Assembly: GCA_934167835.1 (NCBI GenBank)
Contig: CAKPLZ010000001.1
Span: 138,005 to 202,004, forward strand
Direction: 5' to 3'
Source: an uncultured Clostridia bacterium
GTDB lineage: Bacteria > Bacillota > Clostridia > TANB77 > CAG-508
Length of the DNA stretch: 64,000 nucleotides
Shown here in pieces: positions 44,859 through 55,048 of the stretch; the stretch's first letter is position 1; the number at the start of each line of letters is the position of its first letter. Made by a program: the position numbers and the translations under genes. The notes beneath the pieces were generated by a model, which saw nothing but the letters and a program-made list of their open reading frames with translations, had not been told where the DNA came from and ran no database searches.

Positions 44859-44932
44859 ATTATATCGCATTTCCCGTAGTATTTCAACTCATTTATGTCA
44901 TTTTTGTAACATTTCTGTAATATTCCTGTAAT
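44859..44932 (-). promoter_or_regulatory. Promoter (TTGAAA-17-TATAAT) with a triple WalR-type box TGTAAC-N5-TGTAAT-N5-TGTAAT
   Basis: -35 at 44882-44887 and -10 at 44859-44864 (reverse complement). Hexamers at 44905-44910, 44916-44921 and 44927-44932. Confidence 0.55.
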
Positions 44933-44948
44933 ATTTATACTTAAAATT

Positions 44949-46992
44949 CTATAAATTCATTCCTGCCCTAAGCATTCCCTCAATTTGCTTTTTTAGAATT
45001 TTATTTTTTTCGATTTCAAGTTTTTTATCTTCATTCATTATTTGGGTGGCAATGTTTTGTACCACTTTTAAGATATCCATATCTTGAAACAAGTTTGCAA
45101 TTTTAAATTCTGGTATTCCATGTTGTTTTGTTCCAAAAAATTCGCCTGAACCTCTAAGTTCTAAATCCTTTTCTGATATTTTAAATCCATCATTTGTTTC
45201 TACCATTATTTTCATTCTTTCTCTGGTGTTTTCTCCTTTGCCACTATATTTTAGTATGCAATATGATTTGTATTGACCTCTTCCTACTCTTCCCCTTAAT
45301 TGGTGTAATGTTGCCAAACCAAATCGCTCAGCATTTTCTATTACCATTATACTTGCATTTGGAACATCAACGCCTACCTCAATTACTGTTGTTGATACTA
45401 AAATATCAATCTTTCCTGATTTGAAATTTTGCATAATTTCATCTTTTTCTTTTTGTTTTAATTTTCCATGTAAAACTTCAAGCCTATAGTCTCTAAATGT
45501 TTCCTCTTTATATTTTTTCGCAATTTCAATTACTGATTTTAGGTCCATCTCATCATTTTCTTCTATGAGTGGGCAAACAATATATGCTTGTCTTCCTTCT
45601 GCTATTTGTTTTTTTACAAAATTATTTACTCTTTCTTCTGCGGATGGAGTTACTGCAAAAGTATCTATTTTCTGCCTGTTTGGTGGCAGTTCATCTATAA
45701 TTGAAATATCAAGGTCTCCATATAAAATTAGTGCTAATGTTCTTGGAATTGGTGTTGCAGATAAGGCTAAAACATCTGGTGCCAAGCCTTTAGCGCTCAA
45801 TTTACCTCTTTGCCTTACACCAAATCTATGTTGCTCATCTGTTACAACTAATCCTAAATTCTTAAATTCTACATTTTCCTCTAGCAAAGCATGTGTTCCA
45901 ATTATTACATCTATGTTTCCGTTTTTTAATTCTTCTAATATTTTTTCTTTTTGTTTTTTAGTAATATTACTTACCAATAGTTCACATCTGATGTTGTATT
46001 TTTTAAATAACTTATTAAAATTATCTAAATGCTGTTTTGCAAGAATTGCTGTTGGTGCCATTATTGCTGCTTGATATCCGTGATTTTACTGCTTTATATG
46101 TTGCACACATTGCAACAGCAGTTTTTCCGCTTCCTACATCACCCTGAAGTAATCGGTTCATTGCAAAATCGCTTTCCATATCTTTATCAATTTCTTCTAA
46201 AACTCTAGTTTGAGCTCCTGTAAGTTTAAACGGAAGGCTATTTATTATATCTACCATTTTTATTTCTTTACTAAATTTTATTCCTTTTTTCTCATTTGAA
46301 TAATTGCTTTTAAATGTAAGAAGTGCAAGTTGCATTATTAGTAGTTCTTCGAAAACAAGTCTTTTTCGTGCTTCATTATATTTCTTAAAATCATCTGGGA
46401 AGTGAATTTGGTGGATTGCCTCATTTCTTTTCATTAAGTGAAATTCACTAATTATATACTCTGGCAATGTTTCTGGTAGATTTTCTATTTGTACAAAAGC
46501 ATTTTCAATTATCTTTCTTAATGTGTTTTGTGGTAATTCATTAATACTTGGATATATTGGTATGATTCTTCCTGTATTTTTATTTGAATCTTCTTCATCA
46601 AATAAAGGTGACATCATTTCAATTTGGTTAATTTTGCGTTTTACTTTACCATAGAATTTATAGGTTTTTCCAACTATAAATTTGTTTTTTAAGTAAAAAC
46701 AATTAAACCATGTAAGTGTACAAGTTGCAGTTTCATCTCTTACAACAAGCTTGTATATTGCCATGTTTTTTCTTATTTTTATTTCTGCCATTTTTGAAAC
46801 ACATTTTGCTTCAATTAAGGCTTCTTCCCCATCTACTAAATCTGCTATTTTTTTGTGTACACCTCTATTTTCGTAGGTTCTTGGGTAATATGTTATGATA
46901 TCTTCTAATGTGAAAATATTTAATTTATTTAAGCTTTTTATTCTATTGGGACCAACGCCTTTTATGTATTTAGCATCATTTGATAAATCCAT
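44949..46992 (-). CDS. recG: ATP-dependent DNA helicase RecG; one apparent +1 frameshift
   Basis: ...AMCATYKAVKS/GYQAAIMAPTAILAKQHLDNF...; extra base at ~46070; 681 codons. Confidence 0.85.
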
Positions 46993-47010
46993 TATTTTAT
47001 CTCCCTTAAT

Positions 47011-49225
47011 TTATGCTCTAAGCCGAGTATTTCTCTTTTTTGTTTCAGTATTTTGTATCATATACTCTAGTACTTTTTTTGTACCTAAAACAATTAATAG
47101 TTTTTTTGCTCTTGTAATTCCTGTGTATAATAAATTTCTTGTAAGTAGCATTGGTGCTGCTTGTGGCAAGCACATAATTACAACATCAAATTCGCTTCCT
47201 TGTGATTTGTGAATTGTAATTGAATAGCTGTGTTCAAGCTGTTCAAGTTCACTATATTCATACCATGCCGTTTTTTCATCATCAAATTTTATTTCAATTT
47301 GTTTTGTAACATCATCAATTTTCTTGATCGTTCCAAGTTCTCCATTAAATATTCCTGTTCCATCTTCTTTGTGATTTTTTTCCCAATATATGTCATAATT
47401 GTTTTTTACTTGCATTACTCTATCACCTTCAAGAAATACACGATCTCCATGTTTTTTTTGTGGTATTTCTTTTTTATTATTTTTCCCATTTAGTGATGGA
47501 TTTAGTGCATTTTGAAGTTCTATATTTAGTTCTTTTGTGCCAAGTTTTCCTTTTTTGGTTGGTGTTAGTACTTGGATATCTCTGAAAAAGTCATAATTTC
47601 CAAACTTTTTTAATCTACCTGTACAAAGTGATATTACATCTTCAAGCATTTTATTTTGTGTTGGTTCATTAAGAAAATAAAAATCCTGCAATTTTTCTTT
47701 TAGTTCTTCCTTTGGTACTTCTAAAAAATTTTCTCCATTATTTACTTTATGTGCATTTGTTATTATCTGACTTTTTGCAGCTTGCCTAAATATTTCGTTT
47801 AGTTCTATTGTTTCAACTGTTTCTGAATTTATAATATCTTTTAAAACATTTCCTGGGCCTACAGATGGTAATTGATTTACATCTCCTACTAGTACTAGTT
47901 TTGTTCCCATATATAAACCTTTTAAAATGTAGTTCATTAAAAATACATCTACCATAGACATTTCATCTATTATCAAAACATCTGTATCTATTGGTTCTAT
48001 TGCATAATCTACTCTCTCCATGCCTAAAGATTCTTCAACCTTTCCTAAGCACAAAAGTCTGTGTATAGTTGTGGCTTCTTCTCCTGTTGTTTCGCTCATT
48101 CTTTTTGCTGCTCTTCCTGTTGGTGCGCAAAGCACAACTTTTTTATTTTCTTTTTTATAAAGCTCAATAATAAATTTAATAATTGTTGTTTTTCCTGTAC
48201 CTGGTCCGCCAGTAATTACACACACATTATTGTCGTTTACAGCTTTTATGGCTTCTTTTTGTTTTTCAGATAAGGTAATATCTATGTGTTTTTCTTCTTC
48301 TTTAAATTTTTTATCAAAATCTTTTATTTTCTTTATATTTTTTGATTTATTAAGTATTGAAATTCTTTGTGCAATGTTTCTTTCGCAAACATAAAATGAG
48401 TTTAAATATACCCATTCTATTTCTTCAACATTTTCTATTTCTATTTTTGCTCTTGCTTTTAAATTTATTAGTGCTGTTTCTATTTCGCTTGTTGTTGTTC
48501 CAAGAAGTGCTTGAACATATTTTATTAGATTTTGTTTTTCTACGCATGTATTTCCATTGTTTGAAGCAATGGCTAAACTGTATGTTATTGCACTTTCAAT
48601 TCTCTTTTCATCATTTGAAGCAATTCCTATTTCTAAAGCCATTTGGTCAATTTTTTTAAAGTCTACTCCGTAAGTAATATCAAGCAGCATATATGGGTTT
48701 GCTTCAATTTCTGCTATTGCATCTTTTCCATAAGCTTCATAAACTTTTTTGCAATTTGATGCTGATATTCCGGAATTTTTCTAAAAATCCTACTATCTCC
48801 CATAATCCCCATTTTTCGCTAAATTCTTCACAAATTGTTATTGCCTTATTGTTATTTATTCCTTTAACTGTGGCAAGTTTTTCTGGTTCATATCTTAAAA
48901 CATGAACTGTTTCTTCTCCAAATTTATTTATAATTTTTTTGGCTGTTGCAGGTCCAATCCCTGTAATTATCCCACCTGCTAAGTATCTTTCTAAAGCATC
49001 TAATGTTTCTGGCATTATTTTCTCAAATGTCTCAACTTTAAATTGCCTACCATAATCTGGGTGAGTAACATATTTTCCAACAACCTTTAGACTGTCGCCA
49101 TTGTTTATAAAAGGCAAATAACCTGTTATAACTGTGGTTTCATCTTCAGTCTTAAACTCTGCTACCATATATCCATTTGTCTCATTTTCATAAATTATAT
49201 CCGTAATTTGTCCTTTTATTTCCAA
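47011..49225 (-). CDS. recD2: RecD2-type SF1B helicase; one apparent +1 frameshift
   Basis: N-terminal domain ORF (48737-49225) and helicase ORF (47011-48690, Walker A GGPGTGKTT) join across the extra base at ~48772; 738 codons. Confidence 0.8.
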
Positions 49226-49241
49226 AATGTACTCCTTTTGC

Positions 49242-50275
49242 TTATATTTCTATATACTCATGTGCACATGCTCTGATTAATCTGTTCATTATTGCAAGTC
49301 CTAAACCTGTTGTTTCTACTCCTTCTATTATAATTAAATCTGCATTATATGTATCGGCTTTTCTTAAGAATGCAAAAATGTTGTGGCTTATTTCTTCTAG
49401 GGTGTTTCCAAAAGCAAGTTTATGTTCTGCATTATATTTTTCTTTGTTTCCGTGTTCTGCATAAGATTACTGTATTTTTATTTTGAGCAAGTTCATTTAT
49501 TTTGTTTACCATTTTTTCATTATTCTTGCTATATACTAAAATACTCTTTGTTTGTGGTGCATAGTGTTTATATTTTATTCCTGGAGACATTACTTTTTCT
49601 CCTTCTTTATATTCTCCAAGAATTTGTTTTTCTATATAGACTGGTATTCCTAAAGCTTGTATATTTTCTGGTGTGATTTTTCCGTGGTCTTAATATGTGT
49701 ACTACACCATCTACAACTCTAATTACTGTTGATTCTACACCTATATCAACCTTTCCACCATCTATTACATATTCCACTTTTCCATCTAGCTCATCTATTA
49801 TATCTTCAACTTGTGTACCACTTGGTTTGCCTGATATATTCGCACTTGGAGCCGCTATTGGACAATTTGAATATTCTATTAGTTTTCGTGCAATTCCATC
49901 GCTTGGCATTCTTATTGCAACAGTATCTAGTCCACCTGTTATGATATCTGGAACTATTGGTTTCTTTTTAAAAACTATAGTTAGTGGGCCTGGCCAGAAA
50001 TTTTTTATAAGTTTTTGCTCAATATCTCCAACTTCTGTTACAAGCTCTTGAAGCATGTCAATATTTGCAATATGAGCAATTAGCGGATTATCGCTTGCTC
50101 TTCCTTTTGCTATGTATATTTTTTTCACAGCTTCAACATCTAAAGCATTTGCTCCTAATCCATAAACTGTTTCTGTTGGAAATAATACAAGTTTTCCTTG
50201 TTTTATTGCCTCTGCAGGTGCCTTTAGTTCTTCATAATCCTTATTATTTTTAAAGTCTATATATTTTGATTTCAT
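49242..50275 (-). CDS. tsaC: L-threonylcarbamoyladenylate synthase (YwlC/Sua5 type); two apparent +1 frameshifts
   Basis: YrdC domain, then a Sua5 C-terminal domain recovered after removing the extra bases at ~49684 and ~49452; 344 codons. Confidence 0.8.
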
Positions 50276-50284
50276 TTTTTCCCT

Positions 50285-51340
50285 CTAATCATCTAAAAAT
50301 TCTTTATATGTTTTTATAATATTAACTTTGAAATCTCCTGGTTTAATATTGAAATTTTGCCTTGGTCTAACTTCTACTTCATATAGTTCTTTTAATTTTT
50401 GTATATTTTCTTTTTTATGACCAATTACATTATTAATGTTTTCAGGATTTACCTCAATTTCTATTTCTGCAACTTTTGTATTAACTTTTTTAATTGCATT
50501 TAATATTTTATCATACCAAATGCTATCCTCTACAAGCTGCCCAAAAGCCTCATGATATGGCCCCGCAACAACTTCGCTACTTACATTTTCTGGGTTTGAT
50601 ATAATATCTGTGTTTTGAAGTCCCATTCTAATTACTGTAATTTTCTTTTTGTCAAAGAAATAATATAATTCTTTGCATCTTTCCACAGCTTGCTCAAGTG
50701 TTATTGGATGATACTCTCCTTTTGCAAACTCTGTTTCAAGTTCTGTTCTTTTAATAACTAAAACTGGATAAATTCTAATAATTTTTGGTTTTAGCTTTGC
50801 AAGTTCTTTTGCTGTGTTCATTTCATCTATCCAAGTACTATCTGGAAGGCCAACCATCATTTGATGACCTAAAGTAAACCCATATCTTCTAATTAGCTTT
50901 GATGCTTTTTTCACATCCTCAAAAGTGTGCCCTCTTTTTGCCTTTTTTAGGATATAATCATTTGCTGACTGAACTCCAAGTTCAATTGTTTTTACTCCAT
51001 ATTTTTTTAATAGTTTTAGCTCATTTTTATCTATATAATCTGGCCTTGTAGACACTCGTATTCCATCAACTTTTTTTTCTTTTACATATTTATATGCAAT
51101 TTTTAATAATTTTTCTTGGAGTTCAATGTCTATTCCTGTAAAACTTCCACCAAAGAATGCTATTTCAGTATATAAGTTTTCATCTTTAAAACTATTTAAA
51201 AACTCCTGAATTGTTTTTTCAACTTCTTCTTCTGTTACTTGTTTCATCTGCCCACTAATGCTTTTTTGATTGCAGAAAATACAATCATTTGGGCATCCTA
51301 AATGTGGAACAAATATTGGAATTATGTATTGTTTTGACAT
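50285..51340 (-). CDS. Radical SAM protein (ELP3/MiaB/NifB-like)
   Basis: CPNDCIFC cysteine motif (Cx3Cx2C) near the N-terminus. Confidence 0.75.
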   Translation of the reverse strand: MSKQYIIPIFVPHLGCPNDCIFCNQKSISGQMKQVTEEEVEKTIQEFLNSFKDENLYTEIAFFGGSFTGIDIELQEKLLKIAYKYVKEKKVDGIRVSTRPDYIDKNELKLLKKYGVKTIELGVQSANDYILKKAKRGHTFEDVKKASKLIRRYGFTLGHQMMVGLPDSTWIDEMNTAKELAKLKPKIIRIYPVLVIKRTELETEFAKGEYHPITLEQAVERCKELYYFFDKKKITVIRMGLQNTDIISNPENVSSEVVAGPYHEAFGQLVEDSIWYDKILNAIKKVNTKVAEIEIEVNPENINNVIGHKKENIQKLKELYEVEVRPRQNFNIKPGDFKVNIIKTYKEFLDD

Positions 51341-51359
51341 TTTATACCTCCATTTAATT

Positions 51360-52028
51360 TTATTTTTCTAAAGCTACTCTTGCTGCCTCCATTTCAGCTT
51401 GTTTTTTAGTATTTCCTTGTCCTACCGCTAGTTGTTTACCATTACATTTTACTTCTGCTACAAAAGTTTTATCATGGTCTGGTCCTTCTTCTTTTATTAT
51501 TGAATACTCAATATGGACAGTACCATGCTTTTGAAGCTTTTCTTGCAATACTGTTTTATAATCTTTTTGCCCAACACTTTTACTTGCTTGTTCTATTGCT
51601 TCTTTTAAATTTTCAAGAATAAACTTTTTAGCTTCTTCCAATCCTGAATCTAAAAATATTGCTGCAATAACCGCTTCTACACTATCTGCTAATATTGCTT
51701 TTTTATGGTTTCCACCACTTATTTTTTCACCTTTTCCAAGATATAATAAATCGTCAAAATGATATTTTAATGCAACTTGGTGCAAACTTTCCTCACAAAC
51801 TACTGTTGCTCTAACTTTAGTCATTTCCCCTTCTTTTAGTTTTTTATAGTTTGCATATAGGTAATCACTTACTACAAATTCTAATATGGCATCTCCTAAG
51901 AATTCTAGTTTTTCATTGCTGATTATTTTTCTTTCATTCGCATAAGATGTATGTGTGAATGCTGTTTTTAATAATTCAATGTTTTTAAAATTATATCCAA
52001 TTTTTAATTCAAAATTTTCCAAAATCAA
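51360..52028 (-). CDS. rnc: Ribonuclease III
   Basis: EKLEFLGDAILE signature, C-terminal dsRBD. Confidence 0.9.
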   Translation of the reverse strand: MILENFELKIGYNFKNIELLKTAFTHTSYANERKIISNEKLEFLGDAILEFVVSDYLYANYKKLKEGEMTKVRATVVCEESLHQVALKYHFDDLLYLGKGEKISGGNHKKAILADSVEAVIAAIFLDSGLEEAKKFILENLKEAIEQASKSVGQKDYKTVLQEKLQKHGTVHIEYSIIKEEGPDHDKTFVAEVKCNGKQLAVGQGNTKKQAEMEAARVALEK

Positions 52029-52036
52029 TTCTCTCC

Positions 52037-52678
52037 TTAATCTTTAGACTTTATAACTACTAAAATACCTGTTTTTATTGATATTTTTGCTTCTTTGTCT
52101 ATCTGTTCATTGCTTACTCCCAAGCTATCTCCAATGCTTAGAGTATAATCATTTATTATATATTTCATTCCCTCTATCGTAATTCCTGTTACATTTGTTG
52201 TAAGTGGTATTATTGATACATATTTATAATTATCATCTTTTTTTATTATAATTTCTTTATTAATTAATTCTATTTCGTTCTTTTCGTTTACTATCTTGGC
52301 TTTTATGTTTTTGTCTAGCGCTTGTTTTAATATGTGAATATTTGCCATTGTATGGTCTAGCCTTGTTCCTATTGCTCCTAGGATTGTTATTTCAGTGCTT
52401 TTAATTTCCAGTGCCAAGTCAATAGCTGAATGTGTATCTGTCAAGTCTTTTTCTGGATTTAGTTTTATTATTTTTATATTTTGTGTCTTATACTTTTCTA
52501 AGATTTTTGTATTTACTGAATCAAAATCGCCTAGAATATATTGTGGCTCTAGCTTTAAATAGTCTATTGTTTCAAGTCCTTTATCGACAGCTATTATTAT
52601 ATCATATTTATTTGATTTTAGATATTTTTTTGCAAAATTTTTGTTAATTTTACCACCTGTTATTATTAATGTGTTCAT
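52037..52678 (-). CDS. thiN: Thiamine diphosphokinase
   Basis: MNTLIITGGKINKNFAKKYL..., 213 aa. Confidence 0.8.
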   Translation of the reverse strand: MNTLIITGGKINKNFAKKYLKSNKYDIIIAVDKGLETIDYLKLEPQYILGDFDSVNTKILEKYKTQNIKIIKLNPEKDLTDTHSAIDLALEIKSTEITILGAIGTRLDHTMANIHILKQALDKNIKAKIVNEKNEIELINKEIIIKKDDNYKYVSIIPLTTNVTGITIEGMKYIINDYTLSIGDSLGVSNEQIDKEAKISIKTGILVVIKSKD

Positions 52679-52695
52679 TTTTCCTCCTAGAAAAT

Positions 52696-52724
52696 AGGAA
52701 CGACCTTTAAATTTAGTCGTTCCT
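52696..52724 (-). terminator. Terminator downstream of ackA
   Basis: aggaacgac ... gtcgttcct hairpin. Confidence 0.45.
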
Positions 52725-52737
52725 TTGGTATATCTTA

Positions 52738-53940
52738 TTATTTTTCAATTGCTTCCATTGTCTCTTTTGCAATTTCAAGTTCTTCGTTTGTAGGAATTAC
52801 ATACATTGGTATTTTAGATTCTGGTTTACTTATAATTCCTTCATATTGTTCATCATCATTGTGTGAACTATCAAATACGATTCCTAGTGGTTCTAGTCCT
52901 GCAACACATCTATCTAATACATCTGGGTTGTGTTCTCCAATTCCACCTTCAAATATGATTGCATCTACTCTTCCTAATGCAGCCATATATGAACCTATAT
53001 ATTTTTTTACTCTATATGCAAACATATCTATTGCAAGTTCAGCTCTCTTATCTCCTTTTGCTGCAAGTACTTTTAAGTCTCTTACATCTCCTGTTTCTCC
53101 TGAGATTCCTAGTAATCCTGATTTTTTGTTTAGTATTGTCATCATTTCTTTTATATCAATATTTTCTTTTCTCATAACGAATTCTAGGATTGCTGGATCT
53201 AAGTCTCCTGACCTTGTTCCCATAATTAAACCTTCAAGTGGTGTTAATCCCATTGATGTATCTATACATACTCCACCTTTAATAGCAGCAATACTTGAGC
53301 CATTTCCTAAGTGACAAGAGATAATATTTATGTCTTCTTTTTTCTTTCCTAATACTTTTGCAGCTTCTTCTGCTATAAATTTATGTGAGCTACCATGTGC
53401 ACCATATCTTTTTATTGCATATTTCTCATAATATTCATAAGGAATAGCATAAAGTGAAGCATATTCTGGTATTGTTGTGTGGAAAGATGTATCAAATACT
53501 AATACTTCTGGTGTATTTGGCATTATCTTTTTGCACGCATTTATTCCTTGCAAGTGTGCTGGGTTATGAAGTGGTGCATATTCAATAGATGTGTTATATT
53601 CTTCTAATACTTTATCTGTTACTACTGTTGTTTTTGTAAAGTTTGGACCACCATGTACTATTCTGTGACCAATTGCATCTATTTCATCAACACTTTTGAT
53701 TACTCCTTTTTCTGGGTCTAATAAATATTTCATAACTAATTCAAAAGCTACTGTATGGTTTGGTAATTCTACTTCATCTCTTGTTTTCTTTCCATCTTTT
53801 TTGTATTCAATAAATGGTTTATCTATTGATTTTACACCGATTCTGTCACATCTTCCTGATGCTAAAACATTATCATTTTTCATATCGATTAATTGATATT
53901 TTAATGATGAACTTCCACAATTTACTACTAATATTTTCAT
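52738..53940 (-). CDS. ackA: Acetate kinase
   Basis: MKILVVNCGSSSLKYQLIDM..., 400 aa. Confidence 0.92.
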   Translation of the reverse strand: MKILVVNCGSSSLKYQLIDMKNDNVLASGRCDRIGVKSIDKPFIEYKKDGKKTRDEVELPNHTVAFELVMKYLLDPEKGVIKSVDEIDAIGHRIVHGGPNFTKTTVVTDKVLEEYNTSIEYAPLHNPAHLQGINACKKIMPNTPEVLVFDTSFHTTIPEYASLYAIPYEYYEKYAIKRYGAHGSSHKFIAEEAAKVLGKKKEDINIISCHLGNGSSIAAIKGGVCIDTSMGLTPLEGLIMGTRSGDLDPAILEFVMRKENIDIKEMMTILNKKSGLLGISGETGDVRDLKVLAAKGDKRAELAIDMFAYRVKKYIGSYMAALGRVDAIIFEGGIGEHNPDVLDRCVAGLEPLGIVFDSSHNDDEQYEGIISKPESKIPMYVIPTNEELEIAKETMEAIEK

Positions 53941-53967
53941 TTCTATCTCCTTTTCAAATCCTTAAAA

Positions 53968-54966
53968 TTAATTTTGTGCTGCTTGAACAGCTGTTATTGC
54001 AACAACTCCAACTATATCATCTGCTTTGCAACCTCTTGATAAATCATTTACTGGTTTTGCCATTCCTTGGCATACTGGTCCATAAGCTTCAGCTTTTGCT
54101 AGTCTTTCAACAAGTTTATATCCAATATTTCCTGCATTTAAGTCTGGGAATATTATTGTGTTTGCTTTTCCAGCTACATTACTTCCTGGTGCTTTGCTTG
54201 CTCCAACTGTTGGAACTAAAGCTGCATCTAATTGCATTTCTCCATCTAAAACTAGTTCTGGTGCTTTTTCTTTTGCAAGCTTTGTTGCTTCTTGAACTTT
54301 GCTTACATCTTCTGATTTTGCACTTCCATAAGTTGAATATGAAAGCATTGCAATTCGTGGTTCTTTTCCTATAATTTGTTTAAAACTTTCTGCTGTTGAA
54401 ATTGCAATTTCTGATAGTTCTTCACTATTTGGTTTTGGATTTAGTGCACAGTCTGAGAACATAAATACACCGTTTTCTCCATATTCGCAATTTGGAACAA
54501 CCATTACATTAAATGTTGAAACTAACTTTGTTCCTGGTTTTGTTTTTAATATTTGAAGTGCAGGTCTTAATGTATCTGCTGTAGAATGTGCAGCTCCTGA
54601 TACTAATCCATCTGCTTCTTCTTTTTTAACCATCATCATTCCAAAAAATACTGGATCTAATAGTTTTTGCTTAGCCTCTTCAATTGTCATTCCTTTAGCT
54701 TTTCTTAACTCGTAAAAACTCTCTACATATTCATCATATTTTTCAGAAGTTTTTGGGTCTACTATATTTGCTTTTGATATATCTAAATTATTTTCTTCTG
54801 CAATTTTTTTAACTTCTTCTTCATTGCCTATTAATACTACTTTTGCAAAACCTTCTTCACATATTTTATGAACTGCTGTTAATGTTCTTAAATCTGTTGC
54901 TTCTGGTAATACTATAGTTTTAATATCTTTTCTTGCTCTGTTTTTAATTTCTTCAATAAAATTCAT
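53968..54966 (-). CDS. pta: Phosphate acetyltransferase
   Basis: MNFIEEIKNRARKDIKTIVLPE... Start placed 6 nt after RBS aaggagg (the track ORF extends to 55020). Confidence 0.9.
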   Translation of the reverse strand: MNFIEEIKNRARKDIKTIVLPEATDLRTLTAVHKICEEGFAKVVLIGNEEEVKKIAEENNLDISKANIVDPKTSEKYDEYVESFYELRKAKGMTIEEAKQKLLDPVFFGMMMVKKEEADGLVSGAAHSTADTLRPALQILKTKPGTKLVSTFNVMVVPNCEYGENGVFMFSDCALNPKPNSEELSEIAISTAESFKQIIGKEPRIAMLSYSTYGSAKSEDVSKVQEATKLAKEKAPELVLDGEMQLDAALVPTVGASKAPGSNVAGKANTIIFPDLNAGNIGYKLVERLAKAEAYGPVCQGMAKPVNDLSRGCKADDIVGVVAITAVQAAQN

Positions 54967-55002
54967 ATTTCTCCTCCTTATCAACTTTATTATTATATAA
55001 CA

Positions 55003-55040
55003 AAAAAGCCTAAAATTCAATATTTTAGGCTTTTTTTATT
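55003..55040. terminator. Terminator after the large surface protein gene
   Basis: aaaaagcctaaaat tcaat attttaggcttttt followed by a T-run. Confidence 0.65.
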
Positions 55041-55048
55041 TTATTTTT

